A stretch of DNA of 63,914 nucleotides, counting the filler, from Kipferlia bialata (Eukaryota), in assembly GCA_003568945.1 (NCBI GenBank). It is 4 parts of 4 records of this genome, joined end to end, with 100 filler letters (N's around TTAATTAATTAA, not from the genome) between each part and the next. Parts side by side here need not be neighbours in the genome. Positions count along the whole stretch, not along the records: positions 31,967 to 45,890 come from BDIP01000098.1; positions 45,991 to 55,603 come from BDIP01000099.1; 2 more parts are not named here. One strand, given 5' to 3'. Of this stretch, positions 39,438 to 52,867 are shown in pieces. The notes under the pieces are model-generated. The model ran no database searches. It saw only the letters and a list, made by a program, of their open reading frames with translations, and was not told the DNA's origin. A program made the translations under genes and the position numbers. Numbering within the stretch: position 1 is the first letter of the stretch; every line of letters begins with the position of its first letter.

Positions 39438-42400
39438 TCTCTCGTCATAGATGTATATATACAGAAGAAGAGAAATCACTCATACCCAGGTCATGTTCCG
39501 GTGGAATCTGGCGTCTATGGAACACGGTGGTGGATGCCAGAGCAGCAGCGGAGGACCGTGTCGACACTTCAGGTACTTTGGCTACTAGGCCTAATACCGT
39601 TATCACAATGATAACTGTCTCTCAACAGTCTACTAATACAGCCACACCTAGCAACATGATACCCAATGGCCCAGTGACAGGAGGACCCGTGGCTCAGGTG
39701 TATACCAGGATATTCAACCTGTGTGCTGATGATGCAATGGCACATGAGGCAGCTGACAGGTATATTCTGATAGTTTCCATACTTATTCGCTTTCTGATGT
39801 GTCCCTCTACTATGTGTATCTGACCTCAGGCTAGTGATTGAGCTCCACCGCAGTCCAACAGGTATGAGACTCTCGTCGGTTACTGGAGAAACCGTACACA
39901 ACTTATGCCCACTTTACGTTGTAGTCATATGGTATTTATCACACCTGTGCTATTCACTGCATTTCATATACTAATGTAGACAACGGCATGTGTTGTAGGA
40001 GTCCGAGACGTATATACTAGAGAACTGGTGTATGGTATATAGTGTTAGGAGTCCTAACTTAGGACCCATAATAATTATCAGGACCTCTCTGTGTACCCAA
40101 CACCCCCATCAATGGTCATGTCCAGAGGCTCTTTGGAGAGACCTCTGCCCTTCTCAACACTGACCCAGCACTTGTATCTCGCAGGTATGGATTATATTCA
40201 CTATGAATTACTCTATTCTTACAGACCGTCTACATCTAGCAATATTGTCAGACTCTCACCCAGACTCCATTTACTGAACATCCTTGCCCTCGCACTGCTG
40301 AATATACATACTAGTAGTATGTATATACTGTCCTAGACCGGCCATACAGTTCTCGACATATATCTGACTCACCCAGACTCCATCTGCTCAACATACTTGG
40401 CCTTGCACTGCTCAATGGCCATGCTGCACACAGCAGGCATATCCCTATAGGATATAGTAGCTGGAACGTGGCAGCGGACAAGGTGAGTATACTCAGAATC
40501 AGTCTCAGTATTGTACCAATCCTACGAGTAATATACTAATACCACAACTGGTACATATACATACCATTGCATGTGTCTACTAACTAGTTGCAGTATAAGT
40601 ATACGTAATTCCACTACTAGGCCTAGTAGTCTCCCTCATACTCTCACTCCTAGGTCACTCTCCACTTCCACCCAGTGAGCCAGAACCCTGCCCCGAATGA
40701 CGTCTTCGTAGTGTCAAGGGAGGCCAGTATGTGGTGTGTGATCCAGTATGTTGCTGCAGCCAGATCAGTCTCTGAGGAGTGTATGGTGCTCAGGGTTGGC
40801 AACAGGTGTGTATACTCTATATGAGGTGTAGTGTATAGATATTATTAATTGTACCTTGCTGCTGCTAGATCAGTCTCTGAAGAGGAGCTGGTCCTCAGGG
40901 TTGGGAATAGGTGGGTGTATTGATGTAGTATGAGAACAAGTAATGACAACCACTTTGCACTCGCCAACCTCTCTGTCTCTCACACAGTTACTGTATACCA
41001 TCTGTATTGCTGTGTACTTTTCTACCATAGGGATATAGTCTCTCACATCTAGGTACCTGTCAGACCTCTCTGTTACTGTGGGCTCCCTTTTCACACAACA
41101 TTTCACCCTCTTGTATATATATATACGAAATTGCAAACTCGTATATATGGTATTGGTATTGTCTCACTCCTAGGTACATATCTGACCTCTCTGTGTCTGT
41201 GAGCTCCCTCTTCCCCAAGGGCCCAGCGGACAAGGTGGTGCACACACAGATCATAGCAGAAACAAGCAAGGTACTACATCCTATAGTATACACTGTATAT
41301 ATTTGTATCCTATACTATATACATTGTATATTTTATAGAAGTGGTATTACCCATCTCATTTGGTGACAAGGTGGTGCACAAACAGTTCGTAGCAGAGACC
41401 AGTAAGGGAAGGACATGATATTACTATAAATGTGTTATGATTCTAAGTATCTCATGTGGGCTCTCTTCCAGCCTCTGTGAAGACCATGCCTCTTCCACTT
41501 ATTCCAATATCTAAAAGAACATGTATACATATGGTTCACCTTCTAACAACACAGGTCCCCCTCTCAAGGCTGTGTGCTCTGCACTCTCTCCATGCCACCC
41601 TGATGGCTGGTATAGAGGGACACACAGGGTGGACAGAGGTATATACGTATATCATATACATATATATGTGTGTTATATACAGTATACCATATATATACCA
41701 TATATACTACGTCACGCTGCTGGCTGCTATAGAGGGACACACGGGGTGGACAGAGGTATATACGTACTGATACGTATGTACACATTGATATACTCTATCA
41801 TATTACTCTCTGATCCCAGGCTTCCCAGCAACTAGCCCTGACCCTTCTGAACACACTACCCACCGATCCAGTACTAGTAGAGAGTGTCAGGGTGTTCACC
41901 AATGCCATCATGCGAGACACACAGGCAGAGGTACTGTGTGTTCTTCACAGAGTTAAAGTATCTCTCTCATATATGGCGATTGTAGCTGTAGTCTCTCATC
42001 CGATAGCGTAGTACCTACACTCAGACTGTGTAGCGGTAGAGGGTACTGTTGTTCTCCATACACATGTTCTCTCTCTCTCACCCCAGACCCTTACATCCAT
42101 TCTCTCCTCTGATAGGGTGGTGCCCCTCCAGTACTCCCTGGAGCACCTCCAGTCCTACAGTGACACATGGAGACTGGTAGACAGAGACACTAGGTGAAGC
42201 ATACTATATATGACATGTAGTATATCGAATACATTTATTGTGACTCGAATCTGCATATAGTCGTTTAGTCCAACAGTGACACATGGAGACTGGTGGAGAG
42301 AGACACTAGGTGACACATAATACATATGCTACCTATATACGCTATACGCATTTATGAAACATACACATAGAGGTGATATATACACATAAATCACTGCTGC

Positions 42401-45400
42401 GGATCACAGGCTCAAGAGCGTGGTCTTACAAGCCAGAAGCAGAGTACTATACATACTGACATTTACATACAGTCTACAGTTCACTGACATGAATTTCATG
42501 TTCTAACATATACGCACACTGATCATAGGCTCAAAAGTGTGGTCCTAGAATCCGGTATCAGAGCATTGGGCGTCCTTACTATGGGTAGCGAGATAGAGGG
42601 AGAGAGAATGGGTGACTGTGTGGCAGCCAAATCAAGGAGGAAGCTAGTAGAGGTCCTAGCTTCCTTCCTTGGAGAGGAACTCATTGAGCTGTATGAGAAT
42701 ATACAACCACCAAGGTACCGATATACATACAGAATCATTATTAATCACACCAGGCTGACAGTCACCATATGCTCTCTATATTACAGTATTTAGTAAATTG
42801 AAGTATTATTCATCACTTAGAGAGAGAGATCGACTCACCCCAGGTCATATCTGGCAGACACCGGCCTCTCCCCTCAGCTGGTTGAGAAGTACTCACTCAA
42901 CAACACAGGTATATATATAGTATCCTCAGGTACATATATATACATATATATATATATGGTACTCGCTAGCACTTTCAAATCTATGTTTATCATAGTACTC
43001 CCCTATCACCAGCTAGTTGAGATATACTCCCCCAACAACACTGGGTGAGTACTTCTGTGATCATTCCTCAAGTATTCATAAACACTTTTTACCGCTCAGC
43101 TACCAATCTTTCAATATAGCGTCCGTTCTGTAATTGAAGACTTTTTACAATTTGTATCTCTCACTCAGGCAACAGCCGCCACATTGGGCAGCTCTCATTC
43201 GGAGAGGGGGATGAAGTCACCGCAGTCCATGTGTGTCTGAAGAGCATTGCACACTATGCACAGACAGACGAGACCAAGTATCAGCTGCAGGACTTAGGAC
43301 TGGTGAGTAATCTCTCTCTCTTTGTCTCGACAGGCTCCTCTTAAAGTATAGATACACACAAACCCCAGCTGCTGACCCTTGCCCTACTGAGTGCCGCTGA
43401 TCCTATCACTGCCCTCCTGGATCCCACTAGCCTTTGCAGACCCGCCCTAGCAGAGTGTCTCTCACTAGACAGAGCATGCACTGTAGTCAACACTGCCCTC
43501 CTCACATGCCTCTCCCGCACACACCTAGGTCAGGATCAAACATTCTCTCTCTCTCTCTACACCCTTATTCCAGGACAGGAGGACACATGCAGCAGGGCCA
43601 TAGAGATGCTACTCACCTGGCTGTCCGACGCTTCTCTCTCCCCTGCACTGCGCCTTGGGGTCACTGCACTATTACGTGTTGTTGATAGTGTACTGGGTGA
43701 GCAGCTCGGGGCCACTGAGCCTACACCCATGATGCACTATGCATACACTAGACTAGGGCACCAGGGACCAACACAGGAGTGTTCACTGCCACGTGTGGAT
43801 GATACGCTTAAGTACACGCACTTTGTGTCCACATCAAGGTTAGTGTTGTTGGGTATTATCTATATGTAGGTGACTATCAGCGTTCCTTGTATTGTCTCGT
43901 TCTGTTATCAACCCAATATATAGATAGCATCATGCTCACCCCAGGGCCACTGAGTCATATACAGTACTCTCTTTCTCTCTCTTTCTTTCAGTATCTCTCT
44001 CTCTCTTTATCTATATATGTATATGAATCTCAGTATATCTAATTATTCAGGGCCACTGAGTCATACACAGAGCTTGTACTGCTCTTGGATGTCTTCTGGA
44101 GCAGTGACGCCAAGCCGACAAAGGTATGTACATTTTCACTACTCTCTCTCTTATTCACTCTGAAATCGTGAGACATTCTGACACCACTTCTGTACCACGC
44201 TCACTATATCAACTGGTACGCCGGAGCGCCACTGTTACTTCTCTCTCTCTCTCTCTCTACATCTCTAGTTATATACCACTCTTAGTAAAAGTCTCTTACA
44301 CTATTACTATTTCTCGCCGCAGTCTATATTTGTTTCAATCCCATATTGCATCTAACCTCAGGCTCTGGAGCATGCCCTGCTGCACAACCTTGTCTTTTCA
44401 GATGGAGTACCAGCGGCACAGACATATTCGGCAGCTCTGATGAGGTAAGATCTATGCTCATACATACACAATGCATTGTAGTATTCTTAGTTACAGATGA
44501 CAATGTCTATTAGGAGACATATGACTGCGTATATATGTAGATATATATTTATCTATAGCACAGACATACTTGGCGTCTCTGATGAGGTATGTTTGTGTGT
44601 CCAATACATATACAATAAATCCGTACAGCGAGGTACTACGTTATGAGTATAGAGTGATATTCTGTACCACACTGAGATATAGCGTATATCTCTTCAGCGA
44701 TGTGTTCTGTGTACTACTATTCTACGTTTGAGTAATAAATAGTGTACTAGTGTAAATTGCTCTCACACCAGTATTGTTGAGCTGAGGGGCATGTACCGTC
44801 GCCATCCCAACAGGGTGGCCAGGAGACTGCAGGAGGTTAGTAATACAAACTTAGTATCGATACAAAGAGGGTAGTTTGTCATGACGTGGTTTGTAGACGT
44901 ATATAATCTCCCCCAGGGTGGGTTACACTCTATGTTGTGATTCTACTTGCATGCTCTGATTCTCCAGGTTATACACACTAGCAAGAGTGCACTCCGTGAC
45001 CTCTCTGGCTATGTGGCACCTTATGAGTGGGTGCCCAAGGACCATCTATCACTAGAGGAGGTATATATATACTTATACGTGTGTCCTGTTGCGTATAGTA
45101 TAGTTCCTGTCTCCATAATAGTATTCCACTGTTGCATTTGATGCATATCCTGTCAATATGCTCACCACTAGGACGTTGATACATCTCTCCCCACCGGTCT
45201 CTACAACCTGGGCAACTCCTGTTTCGCCAACGCCGTCCTGCAGCTGCTCTTCTCAGTCCCAGCCTTCAGAGAGGGCATTCTCTCCATTGATCCATCAACT
45301 CTTGACCATCTAGACCCTATGGAGAGTGACCTTCCCTCTTCTGAGGGAATCCTGTCCATTGACCCATCACCTCTAGAGAGTGACAGTCCCTCTTTTGACA

Positions 45401-45890
45401 CTGACCATCTGCTTGCCCTATATAGGCTATTTACTCAGTTGGAGGCAGGGCTCTTCCCCGCACTATCCACGGCTGAGTTCTTTAAGCACATGCACATACC
45501 TGGCATAGTCCCCACACAGCAGCAGGTACACACATATATTCTGCACAGTATATATTGAATTATATTTGATATATATACTTCACAGTAAATAGTGAATTAC
45601 GTACCTGGCATGTACCAACACAGCAGAAGGTACACACATATAGTAAGTACATTAAATATAGAGCTAATCTACATGCAAATACTTGGCATTGTCCCCACAC
45701 AGCAGCAGGTGTATACTACTTGTCACTGTATACTATACAGTGTGTTGTAAATACATACTCTGATATGAGTGCAGATCTGACTCCCAGGACGCCTCTGAGT
45801 TCCTTAGTGCCCTACTGTCTTCTGTCTCAGAGGCATGCAAGGCCCACAATCTACGCGATGTGGTGACTGAGGTCTTTGGTGGTACCAGTG
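33963..45890 (+). CDS. Large ubiquitin-specific protease (peptidase C19), USP9X/USP24/USP34-like architecture; 3'-truncated at the gap
   Basis: Cys box GLYNLGNSCFANAVLQLLF in exon 45172-45525, then QQQ|DASEF (exon from 45788). It is preceded by many exons of predicted helical sequence; those I checked chain in phase back to ATG 33963 (MSGDLVLDGQ|NGLISS..|HSVAVSTCIL|AWFNII..). The USP domain is secure. Single-gene continuity and subfamily are inferred. Confidence 0.75.
34441..34969 (+). repeat. Tandem echoes of the acceptor and donor ends of exon 34601-34655
   Basis: CCAGGCATGGTTCAACATC occurs 3 times and CATC/ATT..GGAGG..CTCATGGCAGC.GCATC.GGCACAGGTA 4 times, separated by (TA)n/(CT)n. Confidence 0.9.
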
Positions 45891-45990
45891 NNNNNNNNNN
45901 NNNNNNNNNNNNNNNNNNNNNNNNNNNNNNNNNNTTAATTAATTAANNNNNNNNNNNNNNNNNNNNNNNNNNNNNNNNNNNNNNNNNNNN
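45891..45990. other. Artificial scaffold spacer (N44-TTAATTAATTAA-N44)
   Basis: Same linker as at 31867. Confidence 0.97.
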
Positions 45991-46104
45991 TGTGTCTATC
46001 TGGGGGTAACCACCCCCCCCCCCCCCCACTCCATCCCGGCATTGACACGATACCCCATTCTACATCCTGCTTGCGACAAACATATATAGAGAAACCCTCC
46101 TCTC

Positions 46105-46145
<41 letters not shown>

Positions 46146-46166
46146 CCCCTCTCTTCCTCACTCTAG

Positions 46167-48202
46167 ACCAGGAGTCCCTCCTCCTGAGACTGGTCTCCTC
46201 CTCGGGGGTCGGTGGGTTCCACCTCACAATGACAGGTACTTGTATATAGAAGAATATAACATTGTGGTGTGCGTAACACCACAACATCTCACATTGGACC
46301 ATATATATCAACCCCAGGCACCTCCTCCAAGGACCCCACCAAGGTGGCACTGAGACTGAGGAAGGTCATCAAGGTACACCCTGCTGGCATATATCCTCTA
46401 ATATAGATATAGGTTCATACACCTAACCCGAGGCCTGTCAGGGTGCAGAGTCTATATAGTATATATGTATTGTATACATATATGTGTGTATGTACAACAC
46501 CAGGCCGTGTCCGATGTGTGTCAGGGTGCAGAGTACTTAGTGACATAGTATACAGTGTATATATCTCATAATAATATACTGACTCTAGGCCGTGTCCGAT
46601 GCGTGCCAGGGTGCAGAGGGCACCCCCAAGGAGCCAGAGGCACAGGCAGAGGCAGAGGTGCTACGGTCTCAGGTACCACTACTCATTCAGAGTATATGTA
46701 TCGTTCCATCCATCTCTTCCTGACTACTATATTTACACTGTTCCACCCCCAGATGCAGCCTGTGGGCATCATGGCCAGCAGAGGGATAGTCCCACCAGCA
46801 CCAGGTACCCCCGTCTGACTGTGTCTCTATTTGTACCCATTCGAAATACAATCATAATCGTCGTCTTGACCCCAGGCATTGACACCCACATTGTGCACCC
46901 CCCTGTGTCCAGTCCATTTGGGGTGGGGGCAGGGGACGTATCCCCTTTCGGGCCGAGGTATCACATAGTGTATAAATATACCACTAGAGTAGTGTATTAT
47001 ATACATAAGAATGTGTCCAGTCCATTTGGGGTGGGGGCAGGCGACTTATCTCCTTTTGGGCCTAGGTATTATTACATAGTGTATATACTTGTATGTATAA
47101 GGGTACTTGTACCATATTCTCCCTCTCCCCTTTCCCATCACCCCAGTGGCCCTGGATCTGGCAGTGTCGTGGGACCCCATCACCCAGGTATCACCCACAC
47201 ATATATATACACATATATAATATGAATATGCCATGTACTCTATCACCATTATCACCAAGTCTCACCCCATGCTTTGGAGATGTGACTCGGGGAAGGGCAC
47301 CTGGGCCACTCGAGATAGGACCAGGTACACAAGGATAGAATATATGTTATGTATAGACCGTAGTATATGGTTTATGTGGATAGGGCCAGGTTCACGTTCG
47401 TCAGTCTTTGAGTTTGACACATGAAAACTTCTATAACGACTATACCATCTCACTCAGGCGGCTTCCCCGTGATGCCCCAGACCAGGTCCCCAGGTGGTTG
47501 CCCCACACTCCATATATACCAGTACTCGAATAGCATGTATACAATACAGAGTACAATATTGAGTACACTACCATACCTGCACTCACCCCCAGGCACCACC
47601 CTCCCTGACACACATACACAAGTCTCTCTAGAGTAAGAGTACTTGTGTATAGAACTGTGGGCAGTATATAGTTAGACACATTACGACCATCTATACCATC
47701 TCACCCCCAGGCAGCACCCTCCCTGACCCATTCAGCAGGGGTCTGCCCAACGGGGTACTCCCTAGGTATACACTCTACATGACCTATATACCTATCGGCT
47801 CTCATTATGTGTTACCCCTTGCCTCTCACCCTCTAGAGGTGCTGTTCCCCCCGGTGCTAGGTTCGACCCCTTCGGACCACCTCCTCCCAGGTACTGATAT
47901 AATATATCATATATACATATAATACGAATGTTCTTTAGGTACTGTATCATACTGTGTGATACACACAGTGTATTTTTACATACTGTTAGTAGTAATGTGT
48001 ACAATATACTGATGATACTCCTGTGATCTATGGGGCGACCCCTTTGGACCGCCTCGTCCTAGGTACTATTTAGTAGTATATACATTTATATACATTTATA
48101 TATGTGTCAATGTGTATGTGGGTGCTCCATGTGTTATAGATGCCTCTCTGACCCTCTAGGGACCAGGGCGAGTACAAGCACCCAGACCTGGACAAGCTGT
48201 AA
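46167..48202 (+). CDS. PSMF1: Proteasome inhibitor PI31-like protein, 5'-partial
   Basis: The spliced proline-rich C-terminus carries PI31 motifs PFGVGAGDVSPFG, GSVVGPHHPG and LPRGAVPPGARFDPFGP. It ends RDQGEYKHPDLDKL* (TAA 48200-48202). Confidence 0.78.
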
Positions 48203-48689
48203 AGAGAGAGAGAGAGACAGAGAGTGGCTGTAAGAGAGAGAACATCCTAAGAACATGTGGGTGAGAGTGATGGTACAGGGACAGTCTGTCTCTGATGCTG
48301 GAGTTCGTGCTCTGAATATAGTGTGCCGGTGCTACCAATAGACACACTTGTCAAGTGACAAAGTCACATGTCACATAAAACTGTGACTTAGGGGTGTGAA
48401 AACATTTTTGCTAAAAATGCTCGAATTCCAATGAAATTCCGATTTGACAACTTGCTGAATTTGAATGACCTCTGGATCTCTGCCTCTCTACACCTCTAGC
48501 TGTTGTGTAGTGTGCTCTAGACCACTACTTCCTCTGAGTGCACGTTTCCGCCTCTCTGTGCTAGTTCCACTAGTCCCCCTAGCTCCACAAGCCTCTCTAG
48601 GCCCTCCCTGTGCCTGTGGTGTCTCTGTGCTAGAGACACTCATTGACTCTCCCGATAGTCTCTAGTCTTGTGTGTCTGTTTGACTGGCC

Positions 48690-50183
48690 ATGACCACTGG
48701 GTCTAGTCCTGGTCCCCTGGACAGTGCATTCACCCTCCTAGCTGACAGGCTGTACCTCCTGTCCACACCCAGTGTGCCGAGGTATATATAGAGTGTGTGT
48801 ACATACATATTATATATGTACATACTATATGGCCTTTGTATATATGTGCGTGCGTTTACGTGGGTGTATGGGTATATGGTGTAGTAATGGTGGGATGTAC
48901 CTGCTGTCCACACCCAGTGTGCCGAGGTATACGTATCAGAGTGCTGTATGTATATGTGACTATTTATACTCTCGCTTACCCCAGGGACGATGCTACCCAC
49001 CACTACTTCAGCGTAGACAAGACACTGACATACCTGCCCTTTGCCACAGACTTTGGACCACTCAACCTGGGACAGGTACATATATATACTATACTAAATA
49101 CTCATTCTCTCTCTCTCTCTCTCCCTGTGTCTCTCTCCCCGGACACACACACTACATACGTCTTCAATGTGTCCTCTCTGAGGCATAGTGTTCGTCTACT
49201 AATGTGATACGTGTGTCTTCTGCGGCCTCCTCTCCCACGTTAAGAGTCCCTCACATAGTCTTAGTGTACTTATCCCAGGTCATTGTATTCTGCGGCCTCT
49301 CCTAATACTAGAGTCCTCCTATACATTATCTTGAGTGTTCTAATGTCAGATCTTTGTCTTCTGCGGCCTCCTGTCCAGCAAGCTGAAGGACCCTGCCCTC
49401 TCTAAGAAGAGGATAGTGCACTGCACTGCACCCGATGCACAGAGCAGATCAAATGCATGTGAGTACACACACATACACTCACATATATATGTGTGTATGA
49501 TGAGAGAGAGAGAGTCTGTATAGTATATGTATATGTATGTATATTATGTATATATATAGTATAGTGCACTGCACAGCACCCGATGCACAGAGCAGATCAA
49601 ATGCATGTGAGTGTGTGTATATATAGTATATATATATATATGTATATATAGTGTATGTATAGCTGTACAGGATAGTGCACTGCACAGCACCCGATGCACA
49701 GAGCAGATCAAACGCATGTACGAATATTTATATATATATATAGTGTATGTTTAGGTGTACAGGATGGTGCACTGCACAGCACCCAATGCACAGAGCAGAT
49801 GAAACGCATGTGAGTGTATGGGTATATATATTCAGTGATGGGGGGGGAGGGGAGGGGGGGATGCACAGAGCAGATTAGGCGCATGAGAGTGTGCTCTGAC
49901 TGCTTATGTATATTTATCATATGCGTGTTCCCATTTTCTCTGCCTACATATCAACATTCATGTACTCTAACTCCCACATGTCCTCATGGATGTCATTTGT
50001 GTCCTTGTGTATGCACATTTATATACATATGTATGCGTATACTCCATTGGACCATCCCCTCTTACATACAGGTGTTCTTATGGGTGCCTTCTGTGTCCTA
50101 GTGCTGCACCAGACCCCAGATGAGGCCAACAGGCCATACCTCGCATGCTACCCACCCCTCATCGGTGCGCATCTCTCTCTCTT

Positions 50184-50216
<33 letters not shown>

Positions 50217-51082
50217 GTGTGTGTGTTTGTGTGTATATCTTACCCCAGGCTTCCGTGATGCCTCCTCCGGCCCCAGCACATTCAGTCTGACAGTGCTCGC
50301 ATGCCTCAGGGGCCTGTTCAGAGGTGCGTATGTTATATATAGATAGATAGATATATATAAGTATATCATGTGCTATAAATATACATATTCATGCTAAATG
50401 TGTGTGTGTGTCTGACAGTGCTTGCATGCCTCAGGGGCCTGTTCAGAGGTGTGTATACATATACACACGTATGTGTGTGTGTTTGTCTTAGGGGTTCACT
50501 CTCCCTCTCTCCCCAAGTGTCTCTGACCCCCCAGCCCAGGCCACCGACATATTCAATGTGAGGACATTTGACCTCGAGGCGTACCAGGTGGGTATTTGTA
50601 TATGCCTGTATACTTCATTGTATATATGAGTATTCTCTCTCTCTCTCTCTCCCTCTTCCTGACCCCTCCAGTTCTATGAGCAGGTGGACAACGGAGACAT
50701 GAACTGGATCATCCCAGAGAGGTATAGGATGTGTATATATATATATGGACAGAAAGGTATAGACAGATACTGAAACACCAAGTATACAAGTCCTTTTTGA
50801 CATGAACTGGATCCTCCGATAGGTGTAGATTTGCATATGTATGTGTGTATATATATACTCGCTCCCGATCTTACCCCCTAGGATCCTAGCCTTTGCCGGC
50901 CCCGTGTCCAACCCTGTGCCTGACCACCCCTTTGCCCCTGAGTGCTACATACCATACTTCCAGAAGCACAAGGTATTGACATGTATCTTTATATATGTAT
51001 ACATTATTTCTTCTGTACTTCGAGAAGCCTAAGAGACAGATAGAAGGTGTATGTTCTCACCAGGTCCGGGCTGATGTGCGAC

Positions 51083-51113
<31 letters not shown>

Positions 51114-52648
51114 CCCCCAGGTCCAGGCCGTTGTGCGTCTCAACACCAAGATGTACGACAGACTGTCATTCACAAGGGCAGGCATCAGGCACTACGACCT
51201 ATTCTTCCCAGGTAAGGGTATACTCATATTACATGACACGAGTGGGAATCGAACCCCCGCCCTCACTGTACTCACTCTAGACGGCAGCATCCCCTCAGAT
51301 GCCATTGTCAAGAGGTTCCTCCAGATACTTGAGACACACCCCAAGGGAGCTGTGGCTATCCATTGCAGGTGAGAATATCTCTCCCCCTCTATCTTGCCTG
51401 CATCAATATTTGTATCTCTCTCTCTCTCCCTCTACACCCTTATTCCAGGGCTGGTCTTGGCAGAACAGGCACCCTCATCGCATGCCACCTCATGAAGCAC
51501 TACAGGTGGGTAGTTGTAGCATTCCCATTTGTCTATGTATCGTGCCTGCCACAGAGTGGATTGTATCACCCTTTTGCTATCCCATCTCAATATGTATCAG
51601 ACTACAGTTAACCCAGGTTCAGTGCCGAGGAGGCCATTGCCTATCTCCGTATCTGCAGGCCAGGCAGTGTGATTGGGCCCCAGCAGCACTTCCTGACACA
51701 CATCCAGCAGAAGCTGTGGAGGCAGGTATGTATACTGGAGTCTTACTTATCATAGATGTATGTATATATATATATATATATGTGTGTGTATGTATACTCA
51801 CTTCAGGGCGCCCAGTTCCGCCAGGCCCAGGAGACATCAGAGGGCAAGAGGGAGAGGGAGAGGATACCAGTGGTCAAGGGGGAGAAGGGGAGAGAGAGAG
51901 AGAGTGGGGCACCCAAGGAGACACCCAAGAGAGAGAGAGGGCCGTCCAGCCGCACTGCCTCCCTGACAAGGACCACCACTGTTAACAGCCCTCTTCTGGC
52001 CACAGGTATATATGCCAATGTATATATACTAGTGTATACTCTCTCTCTCCCTCTACCCCCTTATTCACCTCTAGGTGTCAAGCAGCAGCTTCAGCAGCTG
52101 ACCCTGGAGCAGCAGCCACACTCACCCACAAAGAACATGCCAGAGAGCAGGTGGGTATGAGTACACACTATATAGTATATACTCTGTGTGTATGAATTGA
52201 CTCTTAGGCACGTGGCCCACGATGCCATGGTGACTCTATCTATATATTAATGTATATTTTATAGATATGTGTATATATAAGTGTCTATGTCTCACCCTAG
52301 GCACGTGGCCCATGGCGCCATGGTGACTCTATGTATATGTATATGTGTGTGTACTACTCAACATACCCATTAGTATATATATATATATACATATAACCCT
52401 AGGCACGTGGCCCATGGCGCCATGGTGACATTGTGTAGATATATGTATTACAATAGTATTATTGATATATAGATGTGTGTATGTGTCTGTATCCCACCTT
52501 ACCCCAGACACGTGGCCCATGGCGCCATGGTGACCAGGACCCCCAAGAGGGACAGGAGGGACAAGGGGCAGGGGTTCGACAGGGAGAGAGAGAGAGATGG
52601 TGCAAGTGCCATGAACCCAGGGCACCCGTACTACTCCAGACTCGGTAC

Positions 52649-52684
<36 letters not shown>

Positions 52685-52824
52685 CAGTATAAGTGTACCT
52701 GCTAGTATACCTCTCCTTCTCTCTCTTATGCTTAGGTAACTCCTCGTCTGCCTCCCAGGAGAGAGAGAGAGAGGAGGCTCTCTCGATGTCTGTCAGAGGC
52801 ATGTCTCTCACCAAGAAGCGGTGA
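48690..52824 (+). CDS. CDC14: Cdc14 dual-specificity protein phosphatase
   Basis: ATG at 48690. Spliced motifs: [51 protein letters not shown], catalytic [16 protein letters not shown] (51361-51368 / from 51449) and [15 protein letters not shown]. Low-complexity tail ends SLTKKR* (TGA 52822-52824). Confidence 0.95.
49411..49890 (+). repeat. Tandem echoes of a Cdc14 exon end plus donor
   Basis: ATAGTGCACTGCAC.GCACCCGATGCACAGAGCAGATCAAA.GCATGT in the exon (ending 49458), with copies at about 49561, 49670, 49761 and 49860 (partial). Confidence 0.92.
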
Positions 52825-52833
52825 CAGTGCTTA

Positions 52834-52867
<34 letters not shown>

